Below, piece by piece: positions 1 through 13,046 of a stretch of DNA of 64,000 bases; within the stretch, counting starts at the first letter, position 1, and each line of letters starts with the position of its first letter. The position numbers and the translations under genes were made by a program. A model generated the notes under the pieces. The model saw nothing but the letters and a program-made list of their open reading frames with translations, searched no databases and was not told the origin of the DNA. This stretch comes from Psilocybe cubensis (taxonomy: Eukaryota): assembly GCA_017499595.2 (NCBI GenBank), contig CM039001.1, forward strand, positions 1,984,001 through 2,048,000, given 5' to 3'.

Positions 1-147
1 CTTCAAAGAAACAGGGAACGGGGCCACAAGGAAGCACCCAAGCCTGCAGGCCTTGCAGACTTTTTAAGCAACTTGTAGAATCGCGTGGTCTTTATTGATC
101 ACTATTGTACCATATATCCCTCCTCTAATCTATTCACTCCGTGGATT

Positions 148-1410
148 CTATTCCTTGTTGGCGTTCGCGTCCCCAGGTATAAACCTTCCTGGCCAGAACG
201 GGACATAGACGGCAATAGCCACAAAGAGAGGCAAGGTGTCCAATCCATAGAAGAGCGACTGTGACGTAGTCAATGGTCCCTGAAATCCTTCGCTTAATTC
301 CACGACCCTGAAACCAGATCGAACCTGTTCGCCGTTGGTTACACTTTCTTGAGGACCTAGAAACCTTGACTTACCAAAATTCCAAGACAGCTTATCGATA
401 ATGCACCTGCCAGTGCATTCCATGAGTTGTACCACTTCTTCGATGTATCCATCGACCAGATATCCGGGTCATATTTGTGAACACGCCATAAAAAGATAAG
501 ATATATGCCTGAGAAAGAGAGGAAAGACAATAGCTGTGCCGCGAGCCCCGCAAGAAAAACCTTTCAAAAATGGTGTAAGAAAATGGGGAAAGCGAGTATA
601 AGGTGCACTTACCCGAGATCCCGCTAACGCCCTGTCGGGGTCATTTGCTGAGGCGGACATAGCTCCACCAATAGCCTAGCCCGGAACAATATTATTTATA
701 CAAGAACCACAAGCAACAAAATGAACACACTTGTATTAGAAAGGTTGTGATATCGGACCCAACGTATGCGATTGTTATTCGGCGACTGGGAACAAGTAGG
801 TGCTTATCTGCATTCAAATGTTTTGCTAGTCGTCCAAGTAGCACATAATCAGCGGCAATAAATGCGCATGGCTTGCGTAAATAAATATTATTATGACAGA
901 GACGATTCAAACAACAAAAAATCAAACCTACGGAAAGAACGACAAAGAGGTACTCCATAATGTATATCCCTTTTGACTGTGGATGTACATGGAGGCCGAA
1001 TCGGAAAGAAAGGCCTAGAGCAAAGACTAGAATCAAGCATTGAGACACCGAGAGCGTATGGACGTGCAATGCACCTACAATAGATTCCTATCGTCATCGA
1101 CATCATCCACCGAGCGCCGTGTTTAATGATGAGCCATGTTTGAAGGAAACCGACAGTAAGAACAAGGGCTGACAGCGCGTAATGAAGTTAAGGAGAATAA
1201 TATTAATTTATTAGATGCGATGATGTAAAATAGCTTGGAACACATACCTACAGCAATACCAGTCAAGGTGTTTGATGCAATGTATTTTAGAGGGTTGTAA
1301 GGATCATGCCTAGGGTCAGCGAATGGATCCGGTCGAGGTACGTTGTGCTTGATGGCGCCATTGACGCTGGATAGGAGGGCAGAAAGAAGCAATGAGCGGA
1401 GGGGGCTCAT
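148..1410 (-). CDS. RTA1-family (lipid-translocating exporter-like) 7-TM membrane protein, multi-exon
   Basis: Exons encode PCAFIAADYVLLGRL, SDITTFLIQ, FRVVELSEGFQGPL and FYGLDTLPL, typical of RTA1/RSB1. Hydrophobic N-terminus MSPLRSLLLSALL. Confidence 0.85.
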
Positions 1411-2547
1411 GGTGGTACTACACCGTATCCAGAAGATGGGGAACACCAATTGCCAACTCAAAGCATTGACTAGGACACTTTCTTATGACAAAGTATTTTT
1501 AGATACTGTCAGGCAGGCGAATGGATTTTGGCACCTTTTGGAGGTATCTGCAGTTCATCATTTATATCTTTCCTTGCCCGTTTGGTCGTACATATGGCGC
1601 ATCCACGGAGATCTCGGCAACAACGCGGGTAAAATTGTCATATTCTTTAGCCAAACCCAGTTCCGGGCCCCGGGCCTGTGCAATCACGAATGCACCTCTA
1701 ATGTCGTCATCTCGAAGAGATCCAAGGAAGTTGCAAAAACATTGAACGACGTCGAAGAAGTATCGGATCCCATTAAAAGGTGACAATCAACTAGGCAATA
1801 TCCACTAGAAGGGCCGCTGGAATCTTCAGGAAGAGCGCACAACAATCATTTCACGATCTCGGAGCCGAAAGCTGTATAACTCTTCGTTTCGACCAAGGAG
1901 CAAAGCTTATTAGAAGAGCTGCGTTTATCCATGGAAATGTGATGGCGGGTATGGTTAAAATTGCGTAGATTCCTGCCATTCATACTCTATAACTAGACTA
2001 GAACTTGAAGAAGGTGATCAGAAGCTGTGGGACGTCAAAGTGAGGATACTCGCATGATAATCAGCAATTGGCATTACTAGCATAAAGGAGGTGTTAGAGT
2101 AGCAAACTTGATGCTCTCGATGCCAGCTTGAGCAAAGTTGCGCGGTTTTGCAAGTTGGGACGCATTGCATCCCCAACCAAAACTTCAACCTCCATTTTCG
2201 GATGCTATTCTCAGCAGAGAGGCTAGTACAGCACTAGTGCAGATGAGGAGAACATATGACCCAGTTATTATTTGTGCATACCAGAGAGATAGACAAGAAT
2301 ATGTAGTCAGGAAGTCGTGGACGCGTCGTAATAAGAACTTGCAAAGAAGGATGCCAAAAGTCCCCTATTATGATTCCATTGTGTCACATCACGTGACTAT
2401 TTGGCTTGAACCGTCACGACGTGCGATGGTGAAAGGAACGCCAATCGGTGCCGCTAAATGCAGTCAATTCATTCACTTGTAATTACTCCATCACCGCTGG
2501 GACCCATCGACTCCACATCACCAGGCAACTAGAAGACCATCTACATC

Positions 2548-5427
2548 ATGAATATCTTTCGAAGCCGTGAGTTTTTATCTTATCTTTAAGACTTTCCGTG
2601 GATTTGGCATTAATGAACTCTGCAGTTATTGGCAAGGTTTGGCGTTCGTATTCTGCCCATTATTGTTGTTCTATATAAAGGCTAACAAATGCCACAGAAG
2701 ATCCAAATGCTGCAGAAGTAGTCAAGATTTCGTCTGGTATGTCGATTAGACCCAACTCCATGTCATTCAAACTCATATAGCTATGCAGGTCAACTATACC
2801 TTGTTCGACCAGGCAATATTCGAACCTCGCGAGAATGCATGTGAGATCCCCGATGTCCTTCTGCCTCTTTTGCACCTAAATATGCCCTCTCAAGATACAA
2901 TGAATGCATGGCCACTGTTCGCAGATTTCCTTCCGTCGAGCACAATTTTCAGCTTGTTATTACCAAAGTGTACGAGGATGGAGATCAGGACTTGTTGGAG
3001 GACGAGGATGAAAGTATGTATCGGTCAATCACTGAGAACTCCGTGAAGTTGAATCTCTCGCATTCTTCCTCTAGCCGACGAAGAAAAGGTCTTTTTGATA
3101 AGTGAAGAACTGGAATTCCGCTCAGGCGAAACCGAAGGCGAACCCAATTTTGTGTGGCGCGACCTGCATGGAGATGTAGACGAATTTTTCGAGTTTGTTG
3201 CAACAGGGACGAACGCACCAACGCGAGCTTTTTTCGAAACTTGCATGTACCGTGCAATGTACGAGCGCAAGTATAAGAAAAGTGCGGATAATGTTCAAGA
3301 TGCTGCTCTGGAAGAATTTGTATGGCAGTAAGTCTAGAACTGAGATTTCATCCTATATAATGCTGAAATTGCTTATTGTTAGCCCCCCTGCAGCGCCTAA
3401 GGCAAACCCTCGACGCAAGGTGGCCAAGAAAGCCGCGATTTCTGTGACTCACGAACCTGAACCCATCGACGTCGACGCAGAGGACGAAACCCCGGCCAAA
3501 TCCCCTCAAGCTGAAAACCCGTATATGGCGAATATGAATATTTTGTTTGAAGACGAAGCTGAACTCTATGAATGGGTTCCCGATTCGAATGAATATAAAA
3601 ACTCAGGAATTGTGACAGCCAGATTCTTACAGCAGACGGATGCAGACTTTGTGTTTTGGATCACCGCTTCCAACCCCACTGGACTGGTTCTATCACATCG
3701 AATCAGCTCAGACATGAATCAACGCTTTTCCAACAAAATGTACTCTTTAACATGGAACTATATTGGCAATGATGGATCGCAACATAGTTGGCTACTCCGC
3801 TTCAACAATGAGGAGGATTACAGAAAAGTAACGGATATCTACACACAGTGTCTATGGCAAACACTTCATCAAGTTCCTTGGAGCAAAGCAAAGGTACACA
3901 CATATTTGTTATCGCGTCGGAACAAGTCTCATCGTTGTGCATATAGCCTGACGAGCAAAGCTATGTAAGAAGTGCATATGAACCCGAAGATGTAGAGATG
4001 AGAGACGTTGAGGACGATGAAGAAGACGAAGAGGAGGTTGCTCTGGATTTGGATCCTGAAGAAGGTATGTCATTGATGTTTCCTGAGTTCTCTCTGCTAA
4101 TTTCCTTCCAGAAGCAAGCGATGATTCAGAAGCAGAGGATGAAGATGCGCCTAGAGACCCTCATTCAGGAGAAGTCAACTCTCAACTCACAGTCGGGTAC
4201 AAAGGAGACCGTTCTTATGTCGTTCGCGGAAACAATATCGGAGTATTTAACCATTCGAATGACCATTCTGTTAAGTATTACGCGACAATTGGTAACATCT
4301 CCACTCCACAAGGCAAAGGCTTCAAGCCTAAAAACGTGGGTCTTTTGAAGTGGTCCCTCTTTTGTTTAAAATAATTGTTCATTAGGTTATGCTACACGAT
4401 CAAGATTCGAAGATGATCCTTCAGAATCCAAACGATCCCAACTCCCTGTACAGTATGGATATCGAGCGCGGAAAGGTCGTTGAGGAGTGGAAAGTGCATG
4501 ACGATATCACTGTGGACCACATTGCCCCCGACAACAAATTCGCCCCTACAACCAGAGAGCAAACACTTGTCGGTGTTTCCCACAATGCTCTATTCCGTAT
4601 CGATCCTCGGGTGTCTGGTAATAAGATGGTGGACAGCCAGTACAAACAATATGCTAGCAAGAACAAATTTTCTGGGGTTACAACTACGGCGTCGGGTAAA
4701 CTTGCCATTGCTAGTGAAAAGGGTGACATCCGGCTGTTTGACTCGATCGGAAAGAATGCGAAGACGGCGCTACCTCCTCTTGGTGACCCTATCATCGGCA
4801 TCGATGTTACGGCCAACGGACGATACCTTGTGGCGACAACGCAAACATATCTTATGTTTATTGATACCCTGATCGGTGAAGGACGGTACCAGGGACAATT
4901 AGGTTTCGACCGAAGCTTCCCTGCTACAGCTAAGCCTAAACCGATACGTTTGAATTTGCTACCGCAACACGTTGCATACATGGGTAATAAGATCTCCTTC
5001 ACCCCTGCCAGGTAGTTATCCTTTTTCATAACAATGAAACGCTGAACTGACGTTTGTATTTGCACAGGTTCAACCAAGTCGAAGGCAAGGACGAAAATGC
5101 GATCGTTACTTCGAGTGGACCTTTCGTTATTGCGTGGGATTTAGCGAAAGTCAAGAAAGGGAAATATGACCAATATGAGATCAAGAAATATGAAGACCAT
5201 GTCGTTCAAGATAACTTTAAGTTTGGAGACGACAAAGAAATTGTAAGAGTATTTTTTTTATAAAAAAAATCGATATTTGACTTGATATTTTCTTCCAGAT
5301 TGTGGCCTTGAGCAACAATGTATTGGCAGTTAATAAGAAGAATCTCAAGCGACCGACCCGACATTCCCTTGCTCCAGTCAGAGAGGAACATAGAGGACAC
5401 TCTTCAATTGTCAATGCGCCATATTAA
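2548..5427 (+). CDS. VID27: Vid27 (vacuolar import and degradation) protein, PH-like plus WD-like C-terminal domain
   Basis: MDIERGKVVEEWKVHDD, LFRIDPR, GDIRLFDSIGKNAKTALPPLGDPIIGIDVTANGR and DNFKFGDDK match Vid27/CYPRO4. About 10 GT-AG introns. Confidence 0.92.
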
Positions 5428-5619
5428 AGGCAGTAATTCTTTCTATACTCCGACTGTCTACTCGGCGCTCAGGTTACGATACAAAAGGACCTGTATGACT
5501 GTACCATTACTTAGAATCATATCTCACAACATTTGATTAACACGTGAATACCTTGTCTTTGAATAATAATCTATTACTCCAATCCATAATATATAGCAAC
5601 ACCTCAAAATAGAGCAGTA

Positions 5620-6262
5620 TCAACTTTTGAATGACGCCTTGGTAGGAGGATATTCTGTGCGCAAAGCCCCATCCCTGGAGTGGACATATCGACCGATGCC
5701 CAGATGCCAACAAATACGAGGGATCATCAAACTGAAACCCAATATGACGGTCGTCCACAGCATCGGACTCCAACTTTGAAAGTTGAATTTCTGATCGCCC
5801 AATGCCCAAAATGTCAACCACATGTGGAATATATCACCCATCAAGAGCGGGGTGAGGAGGGAAAAGACAATCCTTTCTTGGATATCCGGGCTGTTGCTGA
5901 GGTTCTTGCGGACGGCAGAGAGAACAAAAAGATTGACAAAGCCGAGCAGAGCGCAGACATGAGCGAGCTGCAAGATTGTGACGAGGGTGGCGGTCGGAAG
6001 GACTTGATAAGCGGGGTGATCAGAGGTCCACGGTGCCTGGGAATTATGGGCCTGTAGCTCATTGGGTCAGTCTGGATGGTTGAACGATATGAGGGAGATG
6101 CGTACAGTCAAAGGGTCACTAAATACGGGTTCAGAAAGCAGCATATGCGAAAAATCAAGGAACATACGTGAGTGCACCGATAAAACCAATAGTGGTAAGA
6201 AAGGGCTCATACGCCCCGAAACAAAAATAATAAAAGTCAGGAATAGGCGACTTGGGAGACAT
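5620..6262 (-). CDS. Conserved fungal ~4-TM membrane protein (DUF7704-like)
   Basis: MSPKSPIPDFYYFCFGAYEP...QLAHVCALLGFVNLFVL...LLMGDIFH...PRICWHLGIGR. Hydrophobic segments and spliceable exons. Confidence 0.7.
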
Positions 6263-6744
6263 GGACTTGGAAGCGAATACAGGGAGGGTATATGTTAGCA
6301 TGCGAATGGGGTTTATAAGGAACAAGAAGGGAGAAATAAAATGGAGCAAGGCGGTTGTAATTTATCTGTTGCAATAGCATGAGTGCAGGTCGAAAGTGAA
6401 AGCAACATGTGGAACGGGCATTTCTGATGGACGTGATCCGGTGGATAACAAGGCGCGCGAAATGACCGGCCCTGAAACAGCGTATAATAGTCTCACTGCG
6501 GCTGTGGATGGCTCTTTACTTACATACTCGGTCTACCTAAAACCAAGGTTGGCAAATATCCTTCATTTTGACCATTGCCTAATGGAGGGGACCAAGAACA
6601 CTCTACAATGTAGATGGAGGATATAATGCTTGCTGTCTTTGTGCCCGTTGAGCTTCGCTTCTTTCTGACATTTGCTGCGCACTGTCTTTTTCTGTATAAA
6701 TGTCATTTTTTTTGTTCTCAGCTTATGTCACCTTCCTTAGTCTT

Positions 6745-7957
6745 ATGCAATTCGAAAAGCAGAGTCCTCCTCCGCAAGAACGCGCGCTTGATGAGACAAC
6801 TCAGGCTGAGCGCATTGATGTACCCCCAGCCAGTCCTCAGGGCATCCGGCCCAGCAAAATATACCAGCCCCTCTCATTTCCAGTCATTGTTTTGCTCATG
6901 CCCGCTGCTGTCTTTGGTGTTCTTGCACGTTTGGGGCTTGTTGCTCTCATGACTTTTGACGGCAACAGCGTCTTCCCTCTTGCATACGTGCAGGCAGTCG
7001 GCTGTTTGATTATGGGCGTGGGCTTGAGGATGAAGGAGCCCATTGGTCAATTGTAGGTCCTCTGTCCTCTGCCAGTCTGTATCGTACGCTTACCATCGCT
7101 ATCAATCAGCTATGGGCCGTTGTATACTGCTCTTACAACAGGTGCACAGTGTTTCGTTCTACTTCCGCCTAATGCCATCTAATAACCCCTTAGGGTTCTG
7201 TGGTTCGTTGACCACGTTTTCCAGTTGGCAGGCTGACATTTTTAATGCATGGATTAATGCCCGCCAATTTCAGCGCGGTGGCCTGCGCGATGTATGTGTT
7301 TTTTTGGCACACAAGTCTCCGAAGAATCACCTGACCATTCTATAGTTTGTCGACGGAGTTGGTGTTTCTGCCATCACACTCTCGCTATCGGTGGCCTCCC
7401 TATCATTTGGGTACAATTTGGCGTCTGTTGTGGCGCCAATGGTGCCCCAGCTAGGCTTCGCCAGACCTGTCGTTCGATACGGACTGTCCTGCGTTTCTCT
7501 GTTGATATATGGCGCTACTTTTTTCACCTATTTCTTCCTTCCTGCCAAATATCGACATCAGGCTACAGCCGCTCTTATTTTTTCATTTCCGGGAGCACTT
7601 ACTCGGTATCTCCTCTCTATCGCTCTCAACCGACGTATGAAAGCTCTTCCGCTAGGTACACTGACCGCAAACACTCTGGGTACAGCTCTTTTGGCTGCCT
7701 TCCACGTGTTGCAGAACTTGTCCAATCCAGTCTCACCAACAGCATGCTCACTTTTACAAGGCCTGATAGATGGTTACTGTGGTTGTTTGACTACAGTCAG
7801 CACATTTGCCGCGGAGATCAAAGACCTTCCGATCTGGAAAGCATGTCGATATGCCGTTATCAGTTGGCTTTTTGGTCAGGTTATGATGGTTTTGATCTTT
7901 GGATCATCGATATGGACTGGACGTGCCAGAGAGCAAATTACATGTTCTTTTCAATAG
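6745..7957 (+). CDS. FEX1: Fluoride exporter FEX (two CrcB/Fluc domains); start codon uncertain
   Basis: Two Fluc signature motifs, GFCGSLTTFSSW and GYCGCLTTVSTF, plus GALTRY and GTLTAN. Confidence 0.9.
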
Positions 7958-8144
7958 ATAGTTTGTTTGTCTGTAAATTTATTTTAAAATCTATTCGAGT
8001 ACGTTGCTTTGCAGGGACTGTTATACGAATCAGGCAGCAAGCTATGTTTCCAGCCGCAGAATGATCGGAGTTGGAATACCTGTTGCGATCATCCAAGTTG
8101 GACAAGACCCGTCAACCGGAGGACTCACCGCCAACTGCGAAGAG

Positions 8145-9834
8145 ATGGCCTCACGACCCAGGGCAGCAGCAGAAGATCCTCAAAGGCCTGTTGCTGATGA
8201 GGAACCTGTCAGTGGCGCTGGAGAGGGCGACGAAATCATGGAAGAAGCAGAGCAGGAGGATGGATATAGTGAGTTGTTTTCTACTCCGTTATTGCCCCTC
8301 CCGTGCCCTTGTTCCCGTCTTATTTTCACATCCATTGTTCATCCACGTCGACGATTCCACTAATCATGAATTCCACTGTAGCGTCTTCCACCCCCACATC
8401 GACGCTGACATGGATCAGTTGGTTCTGCTCTCTCCCAGGACATGAATATTTTTGTGAAGTGACGGAGGACTTTATCGAGGATGATTTCAATCTCACTGGG
8501 TTGAATACGATGGTGCCTTTCTGGAAGGAAGCTATGGAGATGGTATTGGATGTAGAACCAGGTGTGGCTTGATTCATCAACAAATATCCCTTTGTCTACA
8601 GTCGTACTTATCCCCTCACTGAAGACGAAGATACATCCAAGATCCCAGATGTTTCAATTGTTGAATCATCTGCGGAAATGCTCTATGGGTTGGTGCACCA
8701 ACGCTACATCCTGACGCGTGCTGGTCTGCAGGCGATGGTGCGATGCGGTCCTATCTCTCAGTTCTGTTGTTCTTGCCTAAAGCGTGGCTAACATGCACCC
8801 TTCTCAGGCCGAAAAATACGAAAGTGGCGTATTTGGTACATGTCCGCGTGTCTACTGTGTGGGATGCAACGTCGTACCCTGTGGTCGCGTCGACATTCCC
8901 GGCAATGATACAGTCAAGCTGTTCTGTCCTAATTGCAACGATATTTATGTTCCTCCCAGCAGTCGGTTCCAGGGCGTTGATGGTGAATATCAATTTCTTT
9001 ATTTTTATATATGTGGCCAACCTAACTCAAACCTCCCGCGTAAAGGCGCGTTTTTTGGTACGACATTCGCACATCTCTTTTTCCAGACGTACCGTGAACT
9101 GGCACCTGCGCCGTTCTGGAAAGCGCCTTCTGCTGGCGGCTCGCCTCTGTCACCACGAAGTGTATCAGGAAGCAATGGCTCGCGTACATCGCCTTTTGTG
9201 AACCCAAATCCACATGGTGGACAAAAGCGGGCTGCGGGCTACGTTTATGTTCCGAGGATATACGGGTTCAAAGTTAGCGAGAGAGCCAAAAGCGGACCTC
9301 GAATGCAATGGCTGCGTCTGAGACCGGAAAGCCCAGAGGAGTTGGACTCTGTTGATTGGAGAGGCCGATGGATTAATGAAGACGATGAATATGATGATGA
9401 TGAGGAGGAGGAGGAGGAAGACAGAAGAATGGAGGACTTTGACCCAGTAAGCATATTTATTCAATGGTTCACTGTACAATCTATTTACGCCTTTATATTA
9501 GGATGCTGGAGACGATGACGATGACGATGAGGAAGAAGAGGAGGAAGAAGAAGCTGGAGCGTCTCAGCCGAAAGGCGGCAAATCGGGGAAGCAAATTGCT
9601 AACAGTACGACGCCTGTGCAGTCCACACTTTCACCAACGGTGACTGCAAGCCACTCTGCTCGCACATCACCTACGTCGTCTTTGGCGCCGCCGACTCCAG
9701 AGGTTAGACCATTGATTGATCTCTCGGTTTACGGCGTATCCTCCTTCGGGCACTCGTTGGGTGAAGGCAAGGTCAAGGTGGTGAGGCAGACATGGATGCC
9801 AAGAACTGACTGGGCTGGTACCGCTCAAGTTTGA
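8145..9834 (+). CDS. CKB1: Casein kinase II regulatory (beta) subunit with long acidic C-terminal tail
   Basis: [31 protein letters not shown], zinc motif CPRVYC...[13 protein letters not shown] and [10 protein letters not shown]. Confidence 0.95.
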
Positions 9835-10134
9835 GCTGTTGCGGAACGTTCTACTTATTTTTTTTTTCATTTGAACTCTTGTATTCTCTTTTGGTGTGTC
9901 TTTTGTCTATTTTATTACCATATTACAGGTATTCAAGTGAGGGGTCAACGACATTGCTATCTCGAGCAGATTAGATTAGATCAAAGGGATTTGTCGGCGA
10001 ACAGACGGCACATAATCGTGAGAATCAAAACTATACAGTACATCAGCCTCTGTGCACACACGTGACCTGTGACCAGAGGCAAGTGAGTAAGATTTCGCAA
10101 CGCTACCAACGACCTCCGTCAAGACCTCAAGAAA

Positions 10135-10635
10135 ATGGCTCGTACCAGTGAGTGTTGCGGTTCTGAATGCGGGCATTTTGAGAGAGAGATGCTGAACGTA
10201 TGACTGTGTGATGTTCTCCAGATCTCCGTTACGGACCCAACAAGGGACACCCCACCACCCCCATCCCCAAGGCCGTGCGCCCCAGCCAGCGCAAGGGAGT
10301 GCAATCGACCAAGACCAAATTCGTGCGGTCTGTGATCAGAGAGGTTGCTGGATTCTCCGCGTACGAGCGCCGAGTCATGGAGCTGTTGAGGAACTCGAAG
10401 GTGCGTGATGGATAAATAGACTGGATCAAGACATAGGACGCTGATGGATGTATGGGACCACACAGGACAAAAAGGCGAGGAAGCTGACCAAGAAGAGGGT
10501 GGGTGATTGTTGTCTGTTGCACGGGGGACTGACGACTGAAGCGAATACATTTGGCAGCTCGGCACACTCCTGCGCTCGAAACGCAAGCTGGAAGAGCTCT
10601 CGAGCATCATCCAGGAAAGCAGGCGGGCGCACTGA
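10135..10635 (+). CDS. RPL36: 60S ribosomal protein L36 (eL36), 3 introns
   Basis: Spliced MARTNLRYGPNKGHPTT...[53 protein letters not shown]. Confidence 0.96.
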
Positions 10636-10877
10636 GAGACGGAGAGGATGTATTACGGACGACGTTTGTACTGTACAGAACATGATGCGTCTACACTATG
10701 TTGAGCAAGGCAAAGGCCAAAGACATAAGCCAATAAGTAATATGATTGATTATGAGTAAGACTAAAAGTAAGAGAGCTGACCAATGGAGATTAGTCAGCG
10801 GTGATGGAAGCGCCTACAGTTGATTTTGTTGCTAGAAAGTTGCAGTGCTATACTTGGTTCGTTCTTTACCTCGAGCC

Positions 10878-12438
10878 ATGCCCGGTGCTCTCACTCTCTC
10901 CCCCCCGCCAATACCAAAGTCCCGCACCCGCGCCTCCTCAACCTGCACAAACCTCCGTCCAGCGACCAGCCCCGCCCAGCACACCCTCGGTCGTCGTCGC
11001 TCCACATCGTCTCTAGTCGTCCCCGAGCAGCCTTGTCTCAACCCCCCAGAGCCCTCCATGTTCGCCTTGTACGTCGCCAGGGCCATAGACTGGTTCCATC
11101 TCGTCCCCCACAAGCATCCTGCTCCCTGGTCCGTGCCCTCCGACTCTCCCCGCTCCAGCACCGACGACCTCGTCCTCCCGCTCTCCGCCTCTGCCCATTC
11201 TCTCACCTTTGTAGTCCCAGAGCCTCCGCAGCCAGTCTCCCTCTGGCGCTTTCCTTCGGTATCTATCTCGTTTTTTCCTCTTTTTCTAACTCACCCCGTT
11301 CTCTAGGTCCACACTCCAATTCTCGTCGTTCTCCTTCTTTTCCCTTTTTCAACCGCTCTCGTCCTCTGGTGTCTTTCCACTCTCCCAATATCCCTCGCGT
11401 GGCCACACGACATCGCCGACCTTGCTGTACTAGGTCAGGAGCTTCATAGCTACACCCAGAGTGGCGTTCGTCCCCTCATCCATGTTATTGGCGTAATGGC
11501 TATCTCTGCTATTTGGAAACACGCTTGGTCAATTCCCGGCAGCGTGCTTTGGGTATGTTTCACTCGCTAGTCTCAACATTCTTTACGTTACTATCGGTCG
11601 TCTGACCTTTTTTTTTTCCTCGCGTCCAGAATGTCCTCGGCGGCGCGCTTTTTTCCCCTCTTTACGCGACTGTCCTTCTTACCGCCCTTACGACAATTGG
11701 TTCTGCGTGCGCAACCATGTTGTCTACCCCTCTTGGGCCATTCCTTTCAAAACTATTCCCAAAGGCCCTGGATCTAACCCGTAATGCTTTGGGGGGTGAC
11801 TCCGATGCCGATTCCGATTCCGATATATCCGGCATTCAATTCAAACCCAGATCGTCGGCTTGGGTCCGTCTCTCGGTGCTGCGACTCATTGGCGTCGTTC
11901 CATGGTCAGGAATCAACATCGCCTGCGGAGTATGTGGCGTATCTCTCGTAGACTGCATGCTTGGCACTTTTATTGGTTGTTTGCCATGGACCGCAGTCAC
12001 TTGTCAGGTAAATCATTTTCTGTTTTCTAAAGCTATTTTTGGACGTCGTCTGACACACCCACCTTCATTCTTTATTTTCACGTGACCATTTCCTTTCAGA
12101 TCGGTGACATCCTTCAGACTGTAGCCTCTACCCCTTCACCGACTCCTCAAACTGTGTCATCACTCCTTACTACCCCTGAAATTATCCTCAAGCTCGTTTT
12201 CCTATCTGTCATATCTCTTGCTCCCATTCTTGGTCGAGGCAAGTTACGCGCTATAATTTCGCATAAACCCCGCGTTCTATCTGCAGACGACGAGCGCAAG
12301 TCTAGGTGGACCTGGGTTCAAGAATGGCGAACTAAAATTCGGATGGGTTCGCGCTCCCGCGCACGCGAGCAGGCTCAACTCGGTCTGAATACCCTCGTGG
12401 AGGAGAAAAGAAGGCTCGAGGATCTTTCTTATTCATGA
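10878..12438 (+). CDS. DedA/VTT-domain (SNARE-associated Golgi protein; TMEM41/Tvp38-like) membrane protein
   Basis: WKHAWSIPGSVLWNVLGGALF, LRLIGVVPWSGINIACG and GTFIGCLPW fit the VTT motifs. Confidence 0.85.
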
Positions 12439-13046
12439 TCACCCTCACCGCCTTCGTCAGCGTACCTTTACTCCCTACCTTTCACCTTATCAGCTTTTGA
12501 GGCTGGGATCTATCCCAAGCGGCTACCCCGCATTGCCCTACATTGCCCGTACTAAATCCGTCACACTCATGCCTAGTCATCCACACCAGTGCTTCTCCAT
12601 TACATATTCTGCTTCGAAGCTATCGACGCGAATGTCATGCGACACGCTTCTCATCACCTTTTCATGACCTAGAATCTACTAACATCCGATATTCCCTCAC
12701 TCTGCATCAGTTCTATCTTGCTATCCCCTCCTTCACGAACGTAATGAATCGGCCCGCGTTTGTTTCATTAGTGCTTTAATCTTTTGTCATTATCTCGGAT
12801 CTCACACTCATCGCCACCACCACTTGCGGTTTTTCCCATAATAAATTGTATACCCCACCAACAGCTTATCATAATTCTTTCTTGTGTCATTCTTGTTTGC
12901 TATTGAGAAATATTTTATATTAGACTAGTATGAAGGTACGGAATTGCAAAAAAAATTCTACTGCTACTGGATACATTACGTGCATGAGGTGAAAAAATAA
13001 TGTCTCTAAAAAATCTGGGTAAAAACAAGAAGTATATATGCATACT

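Noticed and set aside
4421..5077. 218-aa minus-strand ORF
   Set aside because: Antisense shadow of the large VID27 exon; no recognisable protein features.
7294..8064. 256-aa alternative-frame ORF over FEX
   Set aside because: The overlapping frame (7391-7957) carries the Fluc motifs; this frame has none.
9379..9552. GAN triplet runs
   Set aside because: They encode the Asp/Glu-rich tail of CKB1; not an independent repeat element.
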